A stretch of DNA of 64,000 bases, taken from NCBI GenBank assembly GCA_965644295.1, contig CBFFRP010000210.1:130328-194327 (forward strand), in the 5' to 3' direction. Below the pieces are notes generated by a model. That model was not told the DNA's origin and ran no database searches. It saw only the letters and a program-made list of their open reading frames with translations. Below are positions 37,206 through 51,520 of this stretch, piece after piece; the first letter of the stretch is position 1, and the number at the start of each line of letters is the position of its first letter. Source of the stretch: Paraphysomonas bandaiensis (taxonomy: Eukaryota > Protista > Chrysophyceae). Position numbers and translations under genes: made by a program.

Positions 37206-38189
37206 GATATGAGGATTTTCGGGAGTTGTGTAAAATAATTTACTCGAGAAAATTTTTTTCTCTATTGTAGGAAAAACTATGTAAAATGAACCTAAACTAA
37301 AAAATTCCTAGGTTTTTTCACTCAAATATGTCACAAAACTACACATTTTCAAGATAATAATCGGCATATTGTCCACACAATCCAGAGACACATGTCTGTT
37401 AGCTTCACATACAGGATACGATGCGATACTTTTATAGTTATAAGAGGAACGCAGGCTGATATGATCATAACCTCACTGAGAATACATGAGCTCATAGTTC
37501 TTTCATGCCACATGCTGCTGGTTGTTGATTTAGCTGGTGAAAGGTATGGTTAAGTGGCAATCATACAGGAGAGTTGGTCTATTTCAAAGACAGAGATAGC
37601 AGAGTTGATTCCATGACCATAACACCAGAGGGCTCTCAGGTAATACGATCGGATGATATTGTAATATATTCAATTTAGTGGTTCGAAGCAGAGCATATGA
37701 ATATACGCATACTGCAGAGCTGATCATCAGAGAGACTCACATAAGAATAACTCCACTTGAGTGTCATTCTCCTCTCTGATTTGAAGGTATATACTAATAT
37801 GATTGTATCATTTATAGATACTTTCTCATAGTGTCCTGTGCGTATTGATGTATATGAAGATACTGTGTTGGAGCATGTCAATCATTGTTGACGTACAGCA
37901 TACTCTGCGGAGGAGCCGTATGAACTCGATAATAGAGTTCGGTAATAGAGAGACCCACCCAAGAACTGATATGTATATACTGATATGAATGTAAGATATA
38001 CTTTCTCACTGTGTCCTATACGTATTGATGTAAATAAGGACGGTGTATGAAACATGTCAATCATTATCACCTAGATATAGGGTGCTTTGTATCTTGATAT
38101 CTACCATCTATCATAAATAGAATATTAGTGCTACCTGTAACACTCTGCAGAGGATGAATACGCCAGCCTATTAGTAGAATAGTATGTTG

Positions 38190-38516
38190 ACATTACCATG
38201 ATACCTGGTAATCGTAGGTAGTATATATTGATTATTCATAATAAGATGCAAATTCTTCACTCTGGAAGTTGCTTGTAAATAGTATTGTAATTGTAGACTT
38301 ATCCATAGTTGTTGATTTATTGCTATTATGGAAGAAGCGCCATTAAAAGAGGTTCTAAGTTAAGTGCAGCTATTGCAGTACTAAGAATGTTGTTGAAAGA
38401 AAATGATTCACTAATGGCTGGTTACCCCAATGAAGAATGAGGAGAATGTCAGGAGCGTTGGACTTATGGTTGGATTAAATGATGCCAATATCGACATATG
38501 ATATTGCACTAATACA
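38190..38516 (+). mobile_element. Decayed LTR remnant related to the SET-gypsy LTR
   Basis: aatcgtaggtag...aataagatgcaaattc..ctctggaagttgcttgta...atggaagaag is collinear with 53630-53770. Boundaries are approximate. Confidence 0.65.
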
Positions 38517-39884
38517 CGTGCCTAATCGTCTCCCTATAGGTGGTATATATAACCTCTACATTTCCTACTGATAAGTATCCCTATTTATATTAAAATGTAC
38601 CTATAGGCACTGCCTACATGTATCAATACTACCTACAGGTACTACCTAAAATATAATACCAATACGACCTAGAGGTACTATAATTAACAACAATAAACAC
38701 AATATAATATATATATTGCAAAATAGGAAATAATATAAAAACCAGCAATATAGCAGATCTGTATCAATTATGAAAAGACAAAGCATGTATTCAATTAAAA
38801 TAAGACGGTATTCGCATTAACATATTACGAAGTAAAAATTAACGGCAATTACTACTTAGAACCTACTAATATACATACCACGACAAATCTTAACCAAAGC
38901 GTAAACTAGCTCCCAATCACCTGCTAAGAAGCAGAAGCATTGTGCATTTCAGATGTCTTCACCGCCAATCTGAGTTCAGTTAGCTTCCAAGGTAATGACA
39001 ACATTTGTTCGTCCAAGCCATCTTACACCGATCTTACACCGAGATAACTTCTGGGGTACGATACTGATACAGAGGTGTATAGATAGGAAATAATTTATCC
39101 AAAATATTATTTCTATTAATTGCATGCATTAATAATACTAATATGAACGCTGCCATTGATGGATATTGAAGATGCTAACGGTCACATTACTTGAATCCTT
39201 GAATTATCGGGAGAACTTCACAGGATGCACACTGAGCATGCATTCTGCAAAATAACGACTCAAGCAGTATTTTATCCTCTTGTAAGGGCCCTCTTCCACT
39301 TCACTGTCTCTTCTGAGGGTAATAACCACACACATGACTCAGTTGTCTCAAGCGGTTAAAAGTCATCGTACTGGTCTTGCACAGCATGAAGCTTGCGGTA
39401 CAGTGAAGTCATGTCAGTCCATTAACGACTCCATCAATCGTCCTTTGTTTTAATCTGCACGTTGGGTCATAATTTCACCCCACAATCGACTGTCTGCGTG
39501 TCTATATATGGTCACATGACCCTCATATACACACACTCCTGCCAGTATATACAAAATACATATACCAATAATACGTAATTTACACAATTCACTTTTGCGA
39601 AATGTTTATAAAAATATAGCTTTTTTTCATAAAAGCCTGATATTTATTATATATATAAAAATCACCCTTTAGATAATTGTACCAGCTGCACTGCGATACC
39701 ACACTGAAACCCCCTCAAGATATAAAGTAGCAAGATCTTTTGGATATTTTAGATATGATCTTGCGCCAAGCGCCAACACAAGCAAGTCACAAGTCTCTAA
39801 TTCTTTCACGTTTCTGGGAAATAAGCACAGAGTACAACAGAGACGAACTTAAGGTGAACCTTAGCCTCAACCTTCTACACATTG

Positions 39885-40808
39885 ATGGACAACAGTATTG
39901 CAAACTCCTTTTGGTTATGGTGTATTTGGACAATTTCATTGGAGGCGCTATCCGTCGCACTTATTGCATTAGCTTATACCTACCTGGACGACTCCTTCGA
40001 TGATGATGACTGTTACGAAAGAGCCACAGCGATGAATAAGTTCAGTTTCGTATTGAGCAATTCTGCCTTTGTTGGATTAATTAAAATGCAACATTCTTAT
40101 TACTATCATACGCCCGACGTGGATAAGCCGAAGAAATGGCTTTGGATTGCAAATGGTTTATTCCTTGTCTTTAATGTGACTTACATTGCAGTGAAAACCT
40201 TGGAGTTTAGGGAGGTATGTTGCCAAAAAATTAGGTGCTATAATCTAAATAATCCATTCTGACTGTAGTGTGGTGATCACGGTGTGTACCGGAGAGAGGC
40301 CCCGACTACCTTTTGCACGTACATTCTTAATTACGTGGTTATCATATCTGCAACTTATACCATGGCCCGCGTTGGCATCCTCACGTACTTGACGTCGATG
40401 ATTCAACTAGCCTTAGGGTTTGTGATTAAATCTCTTTACTTTAATTTGGACAGCGCTGGGAATCTAATATTCAGTGTCTTTAATATTTTAGTCGCCAACA
40501 TACTTTTCACTGTCGTAGCGGATAAAACTGCGCAGACGTGTATTGACGACGAAGGGTTGTGGGGATTGGTTGTGTATGCAGTGTTTATGCTTCCGAAGTA
40601 TCTGAAGTCAATTTACTACAGCGTGCCATCTGAACAGCGCTATGGAGGGACGAACACTGCTCGTGCGTGGAACGCTTTATTCTGGATTGCTTTTGCTTTC
40701 GAAATTGTAGTCGGATTGATATCATTGTGCGTGGTGTGTACCCGAAAAGCGGCTTCGGCGAAGGACAATGAGAAGTCTGATACTCGGTTGCAGAATGACC
40801 ATTATTAG
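39885..40808 (+). CDS. Multi-pass membrane protein of unknown function, 2 exons
   Basis: Intron 40215-40268 (GTATGT...TGTAG) joins two hydrophobic ORFs in frame, giving about 7-8 TM segments. Confidence 0.65.
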
Positions 40809-41174
40809 TAACCCTGTGTGATGGCTTAATGTAAGCATGTCTTACCGAGCGTTAAATCTATCTACCATTACCAACTACGGAGTAAGGGTAGTCAGGGGCT
40901 ATACGCTATAAACCGGTATACCCTTAAGGGTTTTGCCAACTGATTTACCCAAAACTGTAAGCTCTTTAATTATAATTAATATCTTGCTCGGAATGTGCCT
41001 TCAGCGTCTAGTTTGCCCAGTAGTATCGACAACTCTACCATCACTACTACTGTCCACAGCGACCACAAATTAGTGCGCATTCGCATGCATAATACTTCTG
41101 TGTTGATTAATTTTTACTTACTTAAGGGGGAACGCATACGTGTAATAAGCTAGTTGGGCTTCATGTCTCACAGT

Positions 41175-43895
41175 GGCCCCTAAGGCGACTAAGCCGTTTA
41201 TTAGACTATATGTGATGACTATCGAATCATCAATAAATATATGGAGATCCCACATTACTATATTCCAAATGTGCACCATCAGCTGGATCGTATTATTGAG
41301 TATGAAATCTTTCTAGACATTGATTTAACCAACGCATTCCACCAGATACCCGTGGTTGAGCAAACCTCGGCCAAACTATCGATTCAGACCCCATGGGGTC
41401 AATTCCAGCCATTATATGTTCCTGAGGGTATAGAACCGGGGAGTGGAAAGCTTCAACAAACCATTATGGAATTATTTGGTGACATTGACTGGGCTATATG
41501 TCTGTTCGACAACGTTATAATATAGGCAAAGGATTATGATGATGCGTATAGGAAGCTCGACTTGTTCCTTGATCGTTGCATTGAACACAGCGTTGTATTG
41601 AAATTTGCTATGACATGGTAAGGGAAAGAGAAGTTCATTTTTTTGGTTATAATTGCAGACATCATTCTTATGAGTCGGCCAGTGATAGGAAGGAAGCTAT
41701 TTTGAAAATTCCTTTTCCAGAGAGTGGGAATCGCCAGAAAAAGGTGAGGTCAATGCTGGGTATGGGTGTGTTCTTTGCGCCGTTTGTTGAGAACTACAAG
41801 GACAAGGTAATGTATTTTACGGACCTTACAAAGCAAGATTTTAATTGGGACGAAACCATGTGGAAAATAGACTATAGGCAGGAATGGGAAGACTCTATAA
41901 AACTGGACTTCAGGAGGCTTGTTCAGTCTTTTACCCAGACTACGAATTGGAGTGGTTCTTGCGTACGGATGCTAGTGAGTTCGGTATTGGAGCAGTCCTA
42001 TTCCAAGTAAAACGCCTCGAAAATGGTGAAGTTGTATACCAAGTTGTAGCCATGTGTTCAAAGAAATTTTCACCTGAAGCTATGAGATGGTCAACAATTG
42101 AGCGAGAAGGGTATGTCATCTTTTATGCGGTGAGACATTTTGTGTATTATCTGATTGGAAAACACTTTATCGTCCAGACAGACCACAACAATCTAAGATG
42201 GATGGAGGCGTCAGAAGTTCCAAAGATAGTCAGATGGAGAGTTTACCTGCAATCGTTTGATTTTGTTGTACAACATATCAGTGGTAGAGAAAATACTGTG
42301 GCCGACGCCCTATCGCGTTTGTTAATGATCTCCATGGATGATTCGGATCATGATAGAACAATGGATGAAGAGGTGAAGATGATTGAACATTCCACGCCCT
42401 CATGAACGTATTCGACCTAAGCGTAAGAACCGTTTAATTAAGATCCCTAGAACTCTGAAATCCCCACATACATGCGAGAAGTGTCATTGGTATAGATGCT
42501 GTGAAGATAACACCAGCAGGGAAGAACGGTGAATCACATATCCTGGTCATTGTTAATTTGTTTAGTAAACATGCATTTCTCAGAGCGATAATAGGCGTCA
42601 CAGCGAAAAATTTAGCTGCCTCTGTGTGGATAAATTGGAGCAATTTTGGACATACTGACATGATTATCTCAGATTTGGGTACCGACCTTACCTCGAAGTT
42701 ATTCGCAGAGTTAGTTCAGTTAATGGGAATGCACCATGTATTTAGTATTGCAGATAAACATGCTATCGGTACAGAAAGGCCAATAAAGGAAGTGGTGCGA
42801 CATTTGCAAGCACTAGTATTTGACACAAGGATCCAAGATATTTTCGATGATGTTACAAAGATTCTTTACGTACAATACATTCTCAATGATAATGTGTCCT
42901 CTGTGACTGGATTTACGTCGTTTGAGCTTGTCTTTGGATCCGTGGACGCAGTATATAAGGACCTTTTGAATGATTGTGAGGGGGAACCGTCCCACATGCT
43001 GCTAAAACAGCTTAATGAGAATCTAGCAGTGCTCCGAGAGGCTTCGAAGAAATTTCAAGATCAGTTGGTTGAAGAAAGAGCGAGTCAAGCGAGACTTATG
43101 CCTCAAAATATGTATGCGCCAGGAGATTTTGTCTTGTTTGATGTTGGTCCGAAACCACATCCTAAACTGGCGTGCCGTCATAAAGGTCCAATGCAAGTTG
43201 TCCATCAATACAAAAACGATGTGGATAGTAAGAATTTGATTAGTGGAGCAATAAAGAAGTTTTTGGTTGAGGATCTTGAGCTATTCTATGGTTCGGCAGA
43301 GGAGGCTTTCAATGCTGCAATGCGAGATCAGGAACAGTTCATGGTCGATAAGACTCTTGGCTACAAGGGAGATTGCAGAAAGAGGGCTTCGATGACTTTC
43401 AAGGTTAAGTATACTGATGGAGAATTTCTTGATATTCCGTACACCCCTGACATTCTATGCGAGGCGTACTATGACTTCTGCCAGAGTAAGCCTTTCCTTT
43501 TCCATCTATCCTTGGACACGGATATGGCCACGAGATTCATACGCGACAAGCGCAAGGAAAACATTACCTCAGTATCACCGGGAGATACAGTATATTATGT
43601 GGATTTGAGATTCTTTGGGGACCTCTTTTATGAATCCCTACAGCTTCCAGACTGGGAAACCTCTAGCTATGTTGTTCCCTTTACCTACCTCCGTTGGTAT
43701 CACAAGGGCGGGAGTCGCAAGAAAATTACCGTTAGATTTGACCTCAACAAGCAATTATATGGCTTTGATAATTATATGGTTTATGCGTGGGGTCGTCAAT
43801 GGGAGTTCGATGGATCGAGCATGATTCTCGTAGATGATACGATCACCAAGCACCACCCCGAAATCCTCGCTGTGGATGGCCCAACCCAGGAATAG
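41175..43895 (+). pseudogene. Degraded 5'-truncated Ty3/gypsy pol (RT, RNase H, integrase, chromodomain-like)
   Basis: Motifs DLTNAFHQ, LFDN, TDAS, TDHNNL, ADALSR and GPM, with stops and frameshifts. A long PPT at 43898-43927 is followed by TGTAAAC (3' LTR start at 43928). Confidence 0.85.
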
Positions 43896-45857
43896 ACGGG
43901 AAAGTAGGAGAAGGAGAGAGAGGGTAGTGTAAACCTGTGCAGGTTTAAAGCAGGCTTATAATCATTAGCACTATAAGCAACCTTAAGACAAACGTAGGAA
44001 AAAAAATTCCCACGTTTTGTGCCCAATCCTATACTTATCGTTTTCATTAATCCAGTGTTATTAAAACTGCGTAATAATATTATAGTAGCTATACAATACT
44101 ATTCTTATTGTTATTTTTTTTAAATAACAATATTGCAAGAATGATTTCAGGACAGTGTTCAGTACAACAAAATTGTTATTACTGCGTCTGCACGAATCGA
44201 AATAGCCTCATCAATATAAAACATGTACAATATTAGCTAAGTAATATAGCGACAATAAAAAACATTTAAAAACTTACACCAAGCACAACAACTACACTGA
44301 ACGGTATTAATACTACCAGCATGGTACATAAGTGAAAGAGGGGTATACATGTCATAACTTACTCCTCAAAGAACCATTAACCGGGGAGAAACTGTCCGAA
44401 AATAGTAAGATGAAGTAAATTGAATCACTAATATATATTACGGGAACTCACCTCCTCATATGCAACGGGCTGAGAGGAGTAAGAGGGTCGTCACCTTTGG
44501 TAGAAGTATGACCAGGTTCATCATCATCAACACAGTAATCTTCTACGTAGTAATACGCCACGGGACTAGAGGGAAGATGTGAAAGAGGGGTGCCATCACC
44601 AGTAGTGTGGTCAGACTGAAGAGCATCTCCAAGATTAGAACCTTTGATGAATACTACGAACGTGACAACATGTACACTCTCTGTATATATGTGTGATGTG
44701 GGGTACATATGATTACATCCCATTACATGCGGCACATAGCACACCATGATGAAAATCGGAGCCCTTCTCATCAATCGGGAACTCCTTGCCACAACCACCT
44801 CAACCCGCACATGTGGCAGATGGAGATGGGGTGCATACATCTGTACAGGGTGCAGTGATGGCGACGTCACCCGTATCGCTCTCACTCAGGCCCGCTGTTG
44901 TATCCTGAACCATACCTTGCAATGCATCTAAATCAGTCATGATATTACTATATCATACTCTGGCACAGTGTCTTAATGCGCATCATTATGTCTATATGTC
45001 TATATATATATGTATGTATGATATGTATATGTATACAGGGCGGATTCGAAATAAACGACAAAAATATCTTCAGCCGGGTGCTTGACTTCAGTCAGCAGCC
45101 CAGATGCTTTTGAGGTGGGCTCATTCCCGGATGCCTTTTTATTCGTCAAGTCTACACGATAGATACCACATATATATATGTATATATACGGCTCGCGTTC
45201 TTAATTTCCCGAAATATTTCAGTTTTTTTTTCAAAAATACTTTTTTTTGACTTTTTTTCATCATGGTTTTATGACAGTCCGTCTGTGGGAATAAGTCGAT
45301 CCAGCATAGAAATCGACCTTTTTTCGTTATTTCTCTGAAATATATTCGTCAAAAAACAACATGCATCAAAAAAGCCTGGATTTTTTTGCTGATATGTGAG
45401 GTCTAGTCTGTGATACTAGTCATTATTATTACAGATAAACCTTATATACAAGCAACATGTTAATAACACTATCGTTTACTATCAACTCGTGCCTTGTTAT
45501 TGCCTTACAACACATATAATGTCAAACTTTGATAGCGGAATGTTAGATAAAAAGAATGGAAATCGTTGTGTGTGTGTGTTTTGATGACAGTGATGTGACT
45601 TACCTGCCCTTATACTACCACTGTCAATCCATTGATCATCATGAGCAACATAACTGTAGCTGGCAGTCGTCATTATCCTATTCAAACCTATTTGTTTCTA
45701 GCTACTTGTGGTCTGAAATACAATGACTTAAGTCTATCAGTACGACCATCATTATAGGTAACAAGAAGTGAATCAGAGAGTGATCCATCACCGGTTCCAA
45801 GAAGTAGTAGCAGGAGTAAGGAATCCACCAGCAGTAAGCTGTCTATTTCGACTGATA

Positions 45858-47156
45858 CCTAGTGATGTCATAGATAGGATCAAAGTTGGAGTGGAACATG
45901 TGCATTCGACTGAAGAGCAGGAGTTTGTTGACAATTTTCCCTATCGTCCACTAATAGGAGCGTTACTATACTTATCTATGAATACAAGGCCGGATATATC
46001 ATATGCAGTGGGAGTATTGTCACGATTCTCAACGAAAGTGAATATCACTGTATGTAAACTCATGATACATTTAATGCAGTATGTACGAGGTACTACGGAA
46101 AAAGGCATTCAATATAGAGGGAAAGGTTTTGATCTTCAGATGTTCACGGATGCTGACTGGGCGGGTGACCCGTTGACGAGGAGATCAACTTCAGGTTATG
46201 TTATGCTTGGAGCTGGTGGGCCACTATCGTGGGGTTCCAAACTTCAGTCTACTGTAGCTACATCGACTATGCAAGCAGAGTATCAATGCTTATATAACGG
46301 ATTACAGGAAATGATATGGTCTCGGGGGGTGACTGGAGACGTAGGGTTGAAAATTGACGAGCCCACACCATTATTCCTGGATAGTCAAAGTGCTTAGGGT
46401 ATATCGGAAAATCCAGTGCAACATCAACGATCGAAACATATTGAGATTAAGTATCATATGATTAGAGAGCATGTGGATCCCGAACAGTTTAATACAGCGA
46501 AATTAATTCATGTGAGTTGTCGACAACAGATGGCTGATATATATACCAAGGCTTTGTGTGGTCCAATATTCATTGAACAGAGGGAGCGAAATCTTGGGAA
46601 AATTAAGACTACTGAACAAATTATCGCAGAGGTACCCAAGGTAAAGAGAGCTCGTCGTAACTAGTTAGGTGTGAATGAATGGTGGGAGCTAGCTATACCA
46701 GCGGAGTCATACGTCCACCAGTGTCCTATGAGGTTCGGTGGTTGCGTATCCGATAGCAATGTTCTTCAAAAATTTTAGAATGGTTAACTACATCCAATTG
46801 AGTGGGAGTGTTGAGTGCAATATGATGTGATATATATTGTGCAATTGAAGTGAGTTAATAGTGTGCAATAGGTGAAGTCAACTCATAGGTGAAACGGGTG
46901 ATTATAGTTACAAAGGAATTAAATTCAGTTACTGATGTATGACTATATTATACAAGATATAGAACTGACTGATGTACATATGATAAACAGGCGTTGCTGA
47001 GGACAGATGTTTCACCAGAAGTTACACGAATATGTAGTGAAGTGTTCAGAATAATAATTATAATCACTTACTTGAAAGTGCATTGTGTTCAACATAGCAA
47101 GATTAAGGTTTACTTGTAGAGCAAAGTTAACTTCAGTGAAATGTCCAATTCTAACA
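45858..47156 (+). mobile_element. 5'-truncated copy of Copia A (RT end, RNase H with stop, PPT, LTR 46809-47156)
   Basis: Near-identical inverted copy of 16924-18225. Confidence 0.92.
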
Positions 47157-47727
47157 TACGTCATATGATTATTTCATTGAGGTGGAGAATTAAGAGTCAT
47201 TGATTCACGTATATCCCTTAACGCGTGAATACAACACATACATGTATATAATGAATAATGAAATACCAAATAGACTGAATAAGTACCAAACTATATATGA
47301 TACGCGTCTGTACAAGATACGCACATGTGTGTGGTGCTAACGCTCTGCTCAAACGTATCTTGCTATTATACTACTAGGCCTTATCATTCAATCTTTATCT
47401 CTAATAATAACAAGTGCATCTTTACTGAATACCAAGACTAGTTTTAAATCTTATTTACTCTAGTATAAAACGTGGAGAAAAAATCCCACGTTTCCATAAT
47501 GTTTACTTACTACAACTACAGTACTCGTTTATAAATAATGATGATATGATTTATGATTAGTCTCTTGAGACCTACTTGTAATTAAGCCAAAGAGAGAAAA
47601 GTAACTGACTTAAGATCAACACCTACTGCGAGATGAATGCAGAGGAGTAACAGCTCCCAAGTGACAACATGCAACTCTTATTCCAGGATCTAGATCTACC
47701 ATCGACTGTCACTTCTCATTCTTCTCA

Positions 47728-48897
47728 TCACGCCACAACACGGACAAATATCTTCCTCGAATTTTCCACAATCATATTACCCTCATCTGGTATGATCTCT
47801 TGTACCACGGTGCAAGGTGTCCACACGGTGATCTTGACCTCCACCGGGGCCAACGCTTCCTCATGGTCCTGCATGGAAAAATCCACAAAATGCCGACGGT
47901 CGTCAGTGTCGGTTGACAGAGTCATGGTTATGGACTCCAAGTTCACCGGCCCGCGGAAAATAAAGACGCGATATTTACTTCGGTCCTCATTCGCTGGTAT
48001 TACACCACGCATTTCGAAATCCAACACAAACCGAAACCTGACGTACACTTGGCCAATATTGGTCTTGAAGCAAAAACTGTATATACCTTGTGACATACAA
48101 CGATTAAGCTGTTCTGCCTGTGCGATGGCATTTTCCACGATGATGGGGCGAGCAGAGTGTCGCATGTAGTTGACAATTGTTTTTTCAACTAATTCGTTGT
48201 GAGCAATAGCTTTGGTTCCGGAGTAATTGAACAGCAAAAAATGATCGATCACAAGATTATTTACAAAACTAACCAATGAGTTATCGGCATTACGAAAAAT
48301 CCGCAAGTTGGCATAAGCCAACAACCGAGCCTCAACGTCAGCTTTCTCTTCGAATCCGACACGCTCATTGTGAATGACCACAATTCGATGTTGTTCACCC
48401 ACCATGGAAGTGATGACCTTCAACATCCGTTGGTCAAAGACAGATAACCCTTTGACCATAAATATCAAGACACCCGGTGTCGCTGTGACGACTGATAAAA
48501 CAGCAGGCTTCATATCAGCAGTGGGCGTGTGTCCCTCAAGAAGTGGCCTGTAGAGACCTTCCGTGTCAAAAAATGAAAAGCTTAGTTGGCTTCCATCATC
48601 AAATTTGACCGGCTCTGGGCTGGAATAATGGTGTATCCCCAAAGTGATTCCACCTTCACCCACCCCGGTACGGATGCTAGAAGAATCTATATGGAGTCTT
48701 GTCAAAATCTTTTTAAGAAAAAAAGATTTCCCGACAGTATTATTTCCGAAGACCACTAGAGCTCTAGATAGTCTATCAATTTGTTCGGGTTCAACAGGAT
48801 GTGCATTTGGTAGTTCCGCATTGTCAGCAACATCTTCGCAAATGATGTCCTCTTGTAACGGCTGTTGAGCTCTTGGCCAGTCAAATATAGATGGCAT
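47728..48897 (-). CDS. P-loop GTPase (GBP/RHD3- or AIG1-like)
   Basis: G1 GNNTVGKS, G2 T, G3 DTEG and G4-like VIHN. Intronless, 389 aa. Confidence 0.75.
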   Translation of the reverse strand: MPSIFDWPRAQQPLQEDIICEDVADNAELPNAHPVEPEQIDRLSRALVVFGNNTVGKSFFLKKILTRLHIDSSSIRTGVGEGGITLGIHHYSSPEPVKFDDGSQLSFSFFDTEGLYRPLLEGHTPTADMKPAVLSVVTATPGVLIFMVKGLSVFDQRMLKVITSMVGEQHRIVVIHNERVGFEEKADVEARLLAYANLRIFRNADNSLVSFVNNLVIDHFLLFNYSGTKAIAHNELVEKTIVNYMRHSARPIIVENAIAQAEQLNRCMSQGIYSFCFKTNIGQVYVRFRFVLDFEMRGVIPANEDRSKYRVFIFRGPVNLESITMTLSTDTDDRRHFVDFSMQDHEEALAPVEVKITVWTPCTVVQEIIPDEGNMIVENSRKIFVRVVA

Positions 48898-49405
48898 TTT
48901 ATTAAGGAGTTTTTAACAACTGATTAAAGTATAGATGATGAGAGTTTTGTTGATGACAATGTATGGATAAGTGCATTCATTAGTTCGCCAGAGGAGAGAA
49001 AAAGATACTCCTGCATGGATGTTTCTATGCAAAATCTTTTAGGCCGAGGGGTAAAAAGGGGGTATATTTTTATAGATTTTACCCAATTTTCCCTTTCACA
49101 AAAAAAAATTTGGCTCATGATTATGAAAAAAAGTCATATTTTTCATGCCAACCAAAGAATTTAATATCAAAAAATCGTGTAAATAAAATTTTTTACATTG
49201 CAAGATCAAAGATTTTTATTTATTTTTAGCGACAAAATTTTTTTTGCACAATGCAGTATCTTTCCAAGAACCTGCTGCCCTCTTTTAGCTTCGTCGTACA
49301 CACACACTCTCTCTCTATATATATATACACTCTCCAGACATAACACACCATCAAATACACGAGATCAATCATAACACAAGATCAAAAGAGATAAATACAA
49401 TAAAA

Positions 49406-50017
49406 ATGAGTTTAACAACTTTACTATTTCAAACTAATCAGGATGTTAAAGCTGATAGGGTGTCGAAACTTGCGGCTTCTTGTTTCTACGTCACCGAGCT
49501 CGTCACCATGAATCTCCGTTGTGCTTTCTCTCCTTGCTATGGAACACGCTATGAAATGGCATGGATGATACTGGGTGCAATACAACTATTAATTAATGTG
49601 ATTTGTATTTATTTCATTGTAAGGGAAATTAAAGTCAGAATACCATATTCAACATTTGCTGTGTATTTGGGAATATTGATTGTGGATATTTTATTAAGTG
49701 CTAAAACTACCTCAGCCATTACCGTCATGCAAATATTTTTGGACTTAGCCGGATACTTTGTTCTTCTTCGTTTCTGGCACAATGTGAGGGCCTATTCTGC
49801 AGCAAACTCTGTGCTGGAATCTTCCGAGATTCCGGTGTTCTTGGTACTCCATATTCTTTTCACGTTTTCGATTCTAGGGTGCGCGATTGCTCGTGCCAGA
49901 ACGTGCGACTCATTTTCAGCTCTGGATAGTATTGGTGCTCAACTGGAAGTGTTGCTGCTGGGGTATTTGGCGGCGATCGTAGATGCTTCGTACACACAAG
50001 CCAGCTTGGATGCATGA
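49406..50017 (+). CDS. Small multi-pass membrane protein of unknown function
   Basis: 203-aa ORF with about 6 hydrophobic segments and an A-rich context before the ATG. Confidence 0.6.
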   Translation: MSLTTLLFQTNQDVKADRVSKLAASCFYVTELVTMNLRCAFSPCYGTRYEMAWMILGAIQLLINVICIYFIVREIKVRIPYSTFAVYLGILIVDILLSAKTTSAITVMQIFLDLAGYFVLLRFWHNVRAYSAANSVLESSEIPVFLVLHILFTFSILGCAIARARTCDSFSALDSIGAQLEVLLLGYLAAIVDASYTQASLDA

Positions 50018-50840
50018 GGTTATTACTTCTGGGGAAGAATATCAGGCGCAATCATGTTCTGGTTATGACTGTGATGTGGCTATTATGTCTTATCATTTCC
50101 GTGTGTTCGAGGACGAACGATTCCCAAAACTGTGTATTGATTGGCCGAGAAGAATTGTGGTAAAAAATACTAAAGAGTTATAGTAATAAGAAGTCGGAAC
50201 AGCCACAATACGCCCAAAATGCACCGAAAAATCACATTATTTTTTCCAATCAAATACTGACTGAAATGCTATGCCAGTATACCATCTAAGCTGTGATTTA
50301 TGCAAATTGTAACAATGGGAGTCTCAATAGACATCTGCAAACCGGTATATCCCCTAGCAAGCAGTGTATGTAACAACTAATTGGCATGTTTAGTTTATCT
50401 GAAATGGACATATTTAAACGATAGAGACTTCATTAACTAATAAAATGTAATTTTAAATAATACGGAGGATAGCAGCTCAATAGCGACCAATATAAATATC
50501 TTACATCGGCTTCCTCAACTGCTTCAATGAAGATAATTAGGGGAAGGAGGAGCCCCTCTTTACCCCCCAAACCCCAAAGGTGCTCTTTCCATGATAATTG
50601 AGATATAGTTGAATTGGAATAATATGGCTCAATCACAGCGTTGAGATCAAGAAATAAAATGACTACTCACTAACTTATCAACACTATATTATTATACTAT
50701 ACTACGACACACATCTTATTACACTTATCTGAATCTCTCGGGCCGGCACGAGCAGAGTTCGTGTACTTGTAGACATGGTTGAAGGAACAACTAATCATAT
50801 AGTAGTAGTCATGGTAGAAGGACTAACTGAAAGGCATATT

Positions 50841-51520
50841 CTAAACAAATGAGGGACGACTTGTGGTGCAATAGTCTCCTGCCCTGCATGCATCACATCT
50901 CGAAGCATCATGTGGTTTCTGTATCTCAGATTTTTCAGATTCAGATTCTTCAGATTCAGGATATACATCAAATACCCACATAATGTATGGGGCTACATAT
51001 CTTTCGCATTTTTGGCATTCCTGATAATACTTTTTCGCAAAGGCATGGGCAGATATCCATATGCGTGAACAAGATGAGCATCTGAACACTCCAAACCCTT
51101 TCTTTCCTTTGAATTCATGACGATACACCTAGTATCCAATCGCACCTTTGAAGGGTTTCACAGCACATACATCTGGCTCCAGTGGATGTTTACTTGCAGA
51201 ATGCTGCTCTAATGCATGTTCAGATTGGAATATTACATCACAGTAATCACATTCAAAGTCATTGCAGCTGTATGCTGCTCCAATGCATGCTGAGATCGGA
51301 ATGTTTTGCAGAAGTAATCACATTCATTCATTAGCATGAACAGCATTCGTATGCTGCTCTAGTGCACGCTCGGATCGGAATATTAGGTTACAGTAATCAC
51401 ATTCTGTGCTGCTTTAGTGCATGCTCGGATCGGAATAATATATCACAGTAATCACATTCAAAGATATAGACATGCACTTCATTTGTGTGTTGCTCTAATG
51501 CATGTTCAGATATGTTGGTC
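50841..51520 (-). pseudogene. C2H2 zinc-finger repeats plus 3CxxC (Zar1/RTP-type) zinc-binding domain, disrupted
   Basis: GFGVFRCSSCSRIWISAHA..QECQKC..KPHDASRCDAC. Upstream CDYC..FRSEHAL..H repeats (cagtaatcacattc, 4 copies) carry frameshifts. Confidence 0.7.

Noticed and set aside
44448-44940. Possible small Cys/Pro-rich gene
   Set aside because: The frames are fragmented with stops and I recognise no family.
47728-50017. Endogenous giant-virus or polinton insertion
   Set aside because: No capsid, packaging ATPase, DNA polymerase or terminal repeats were seen.
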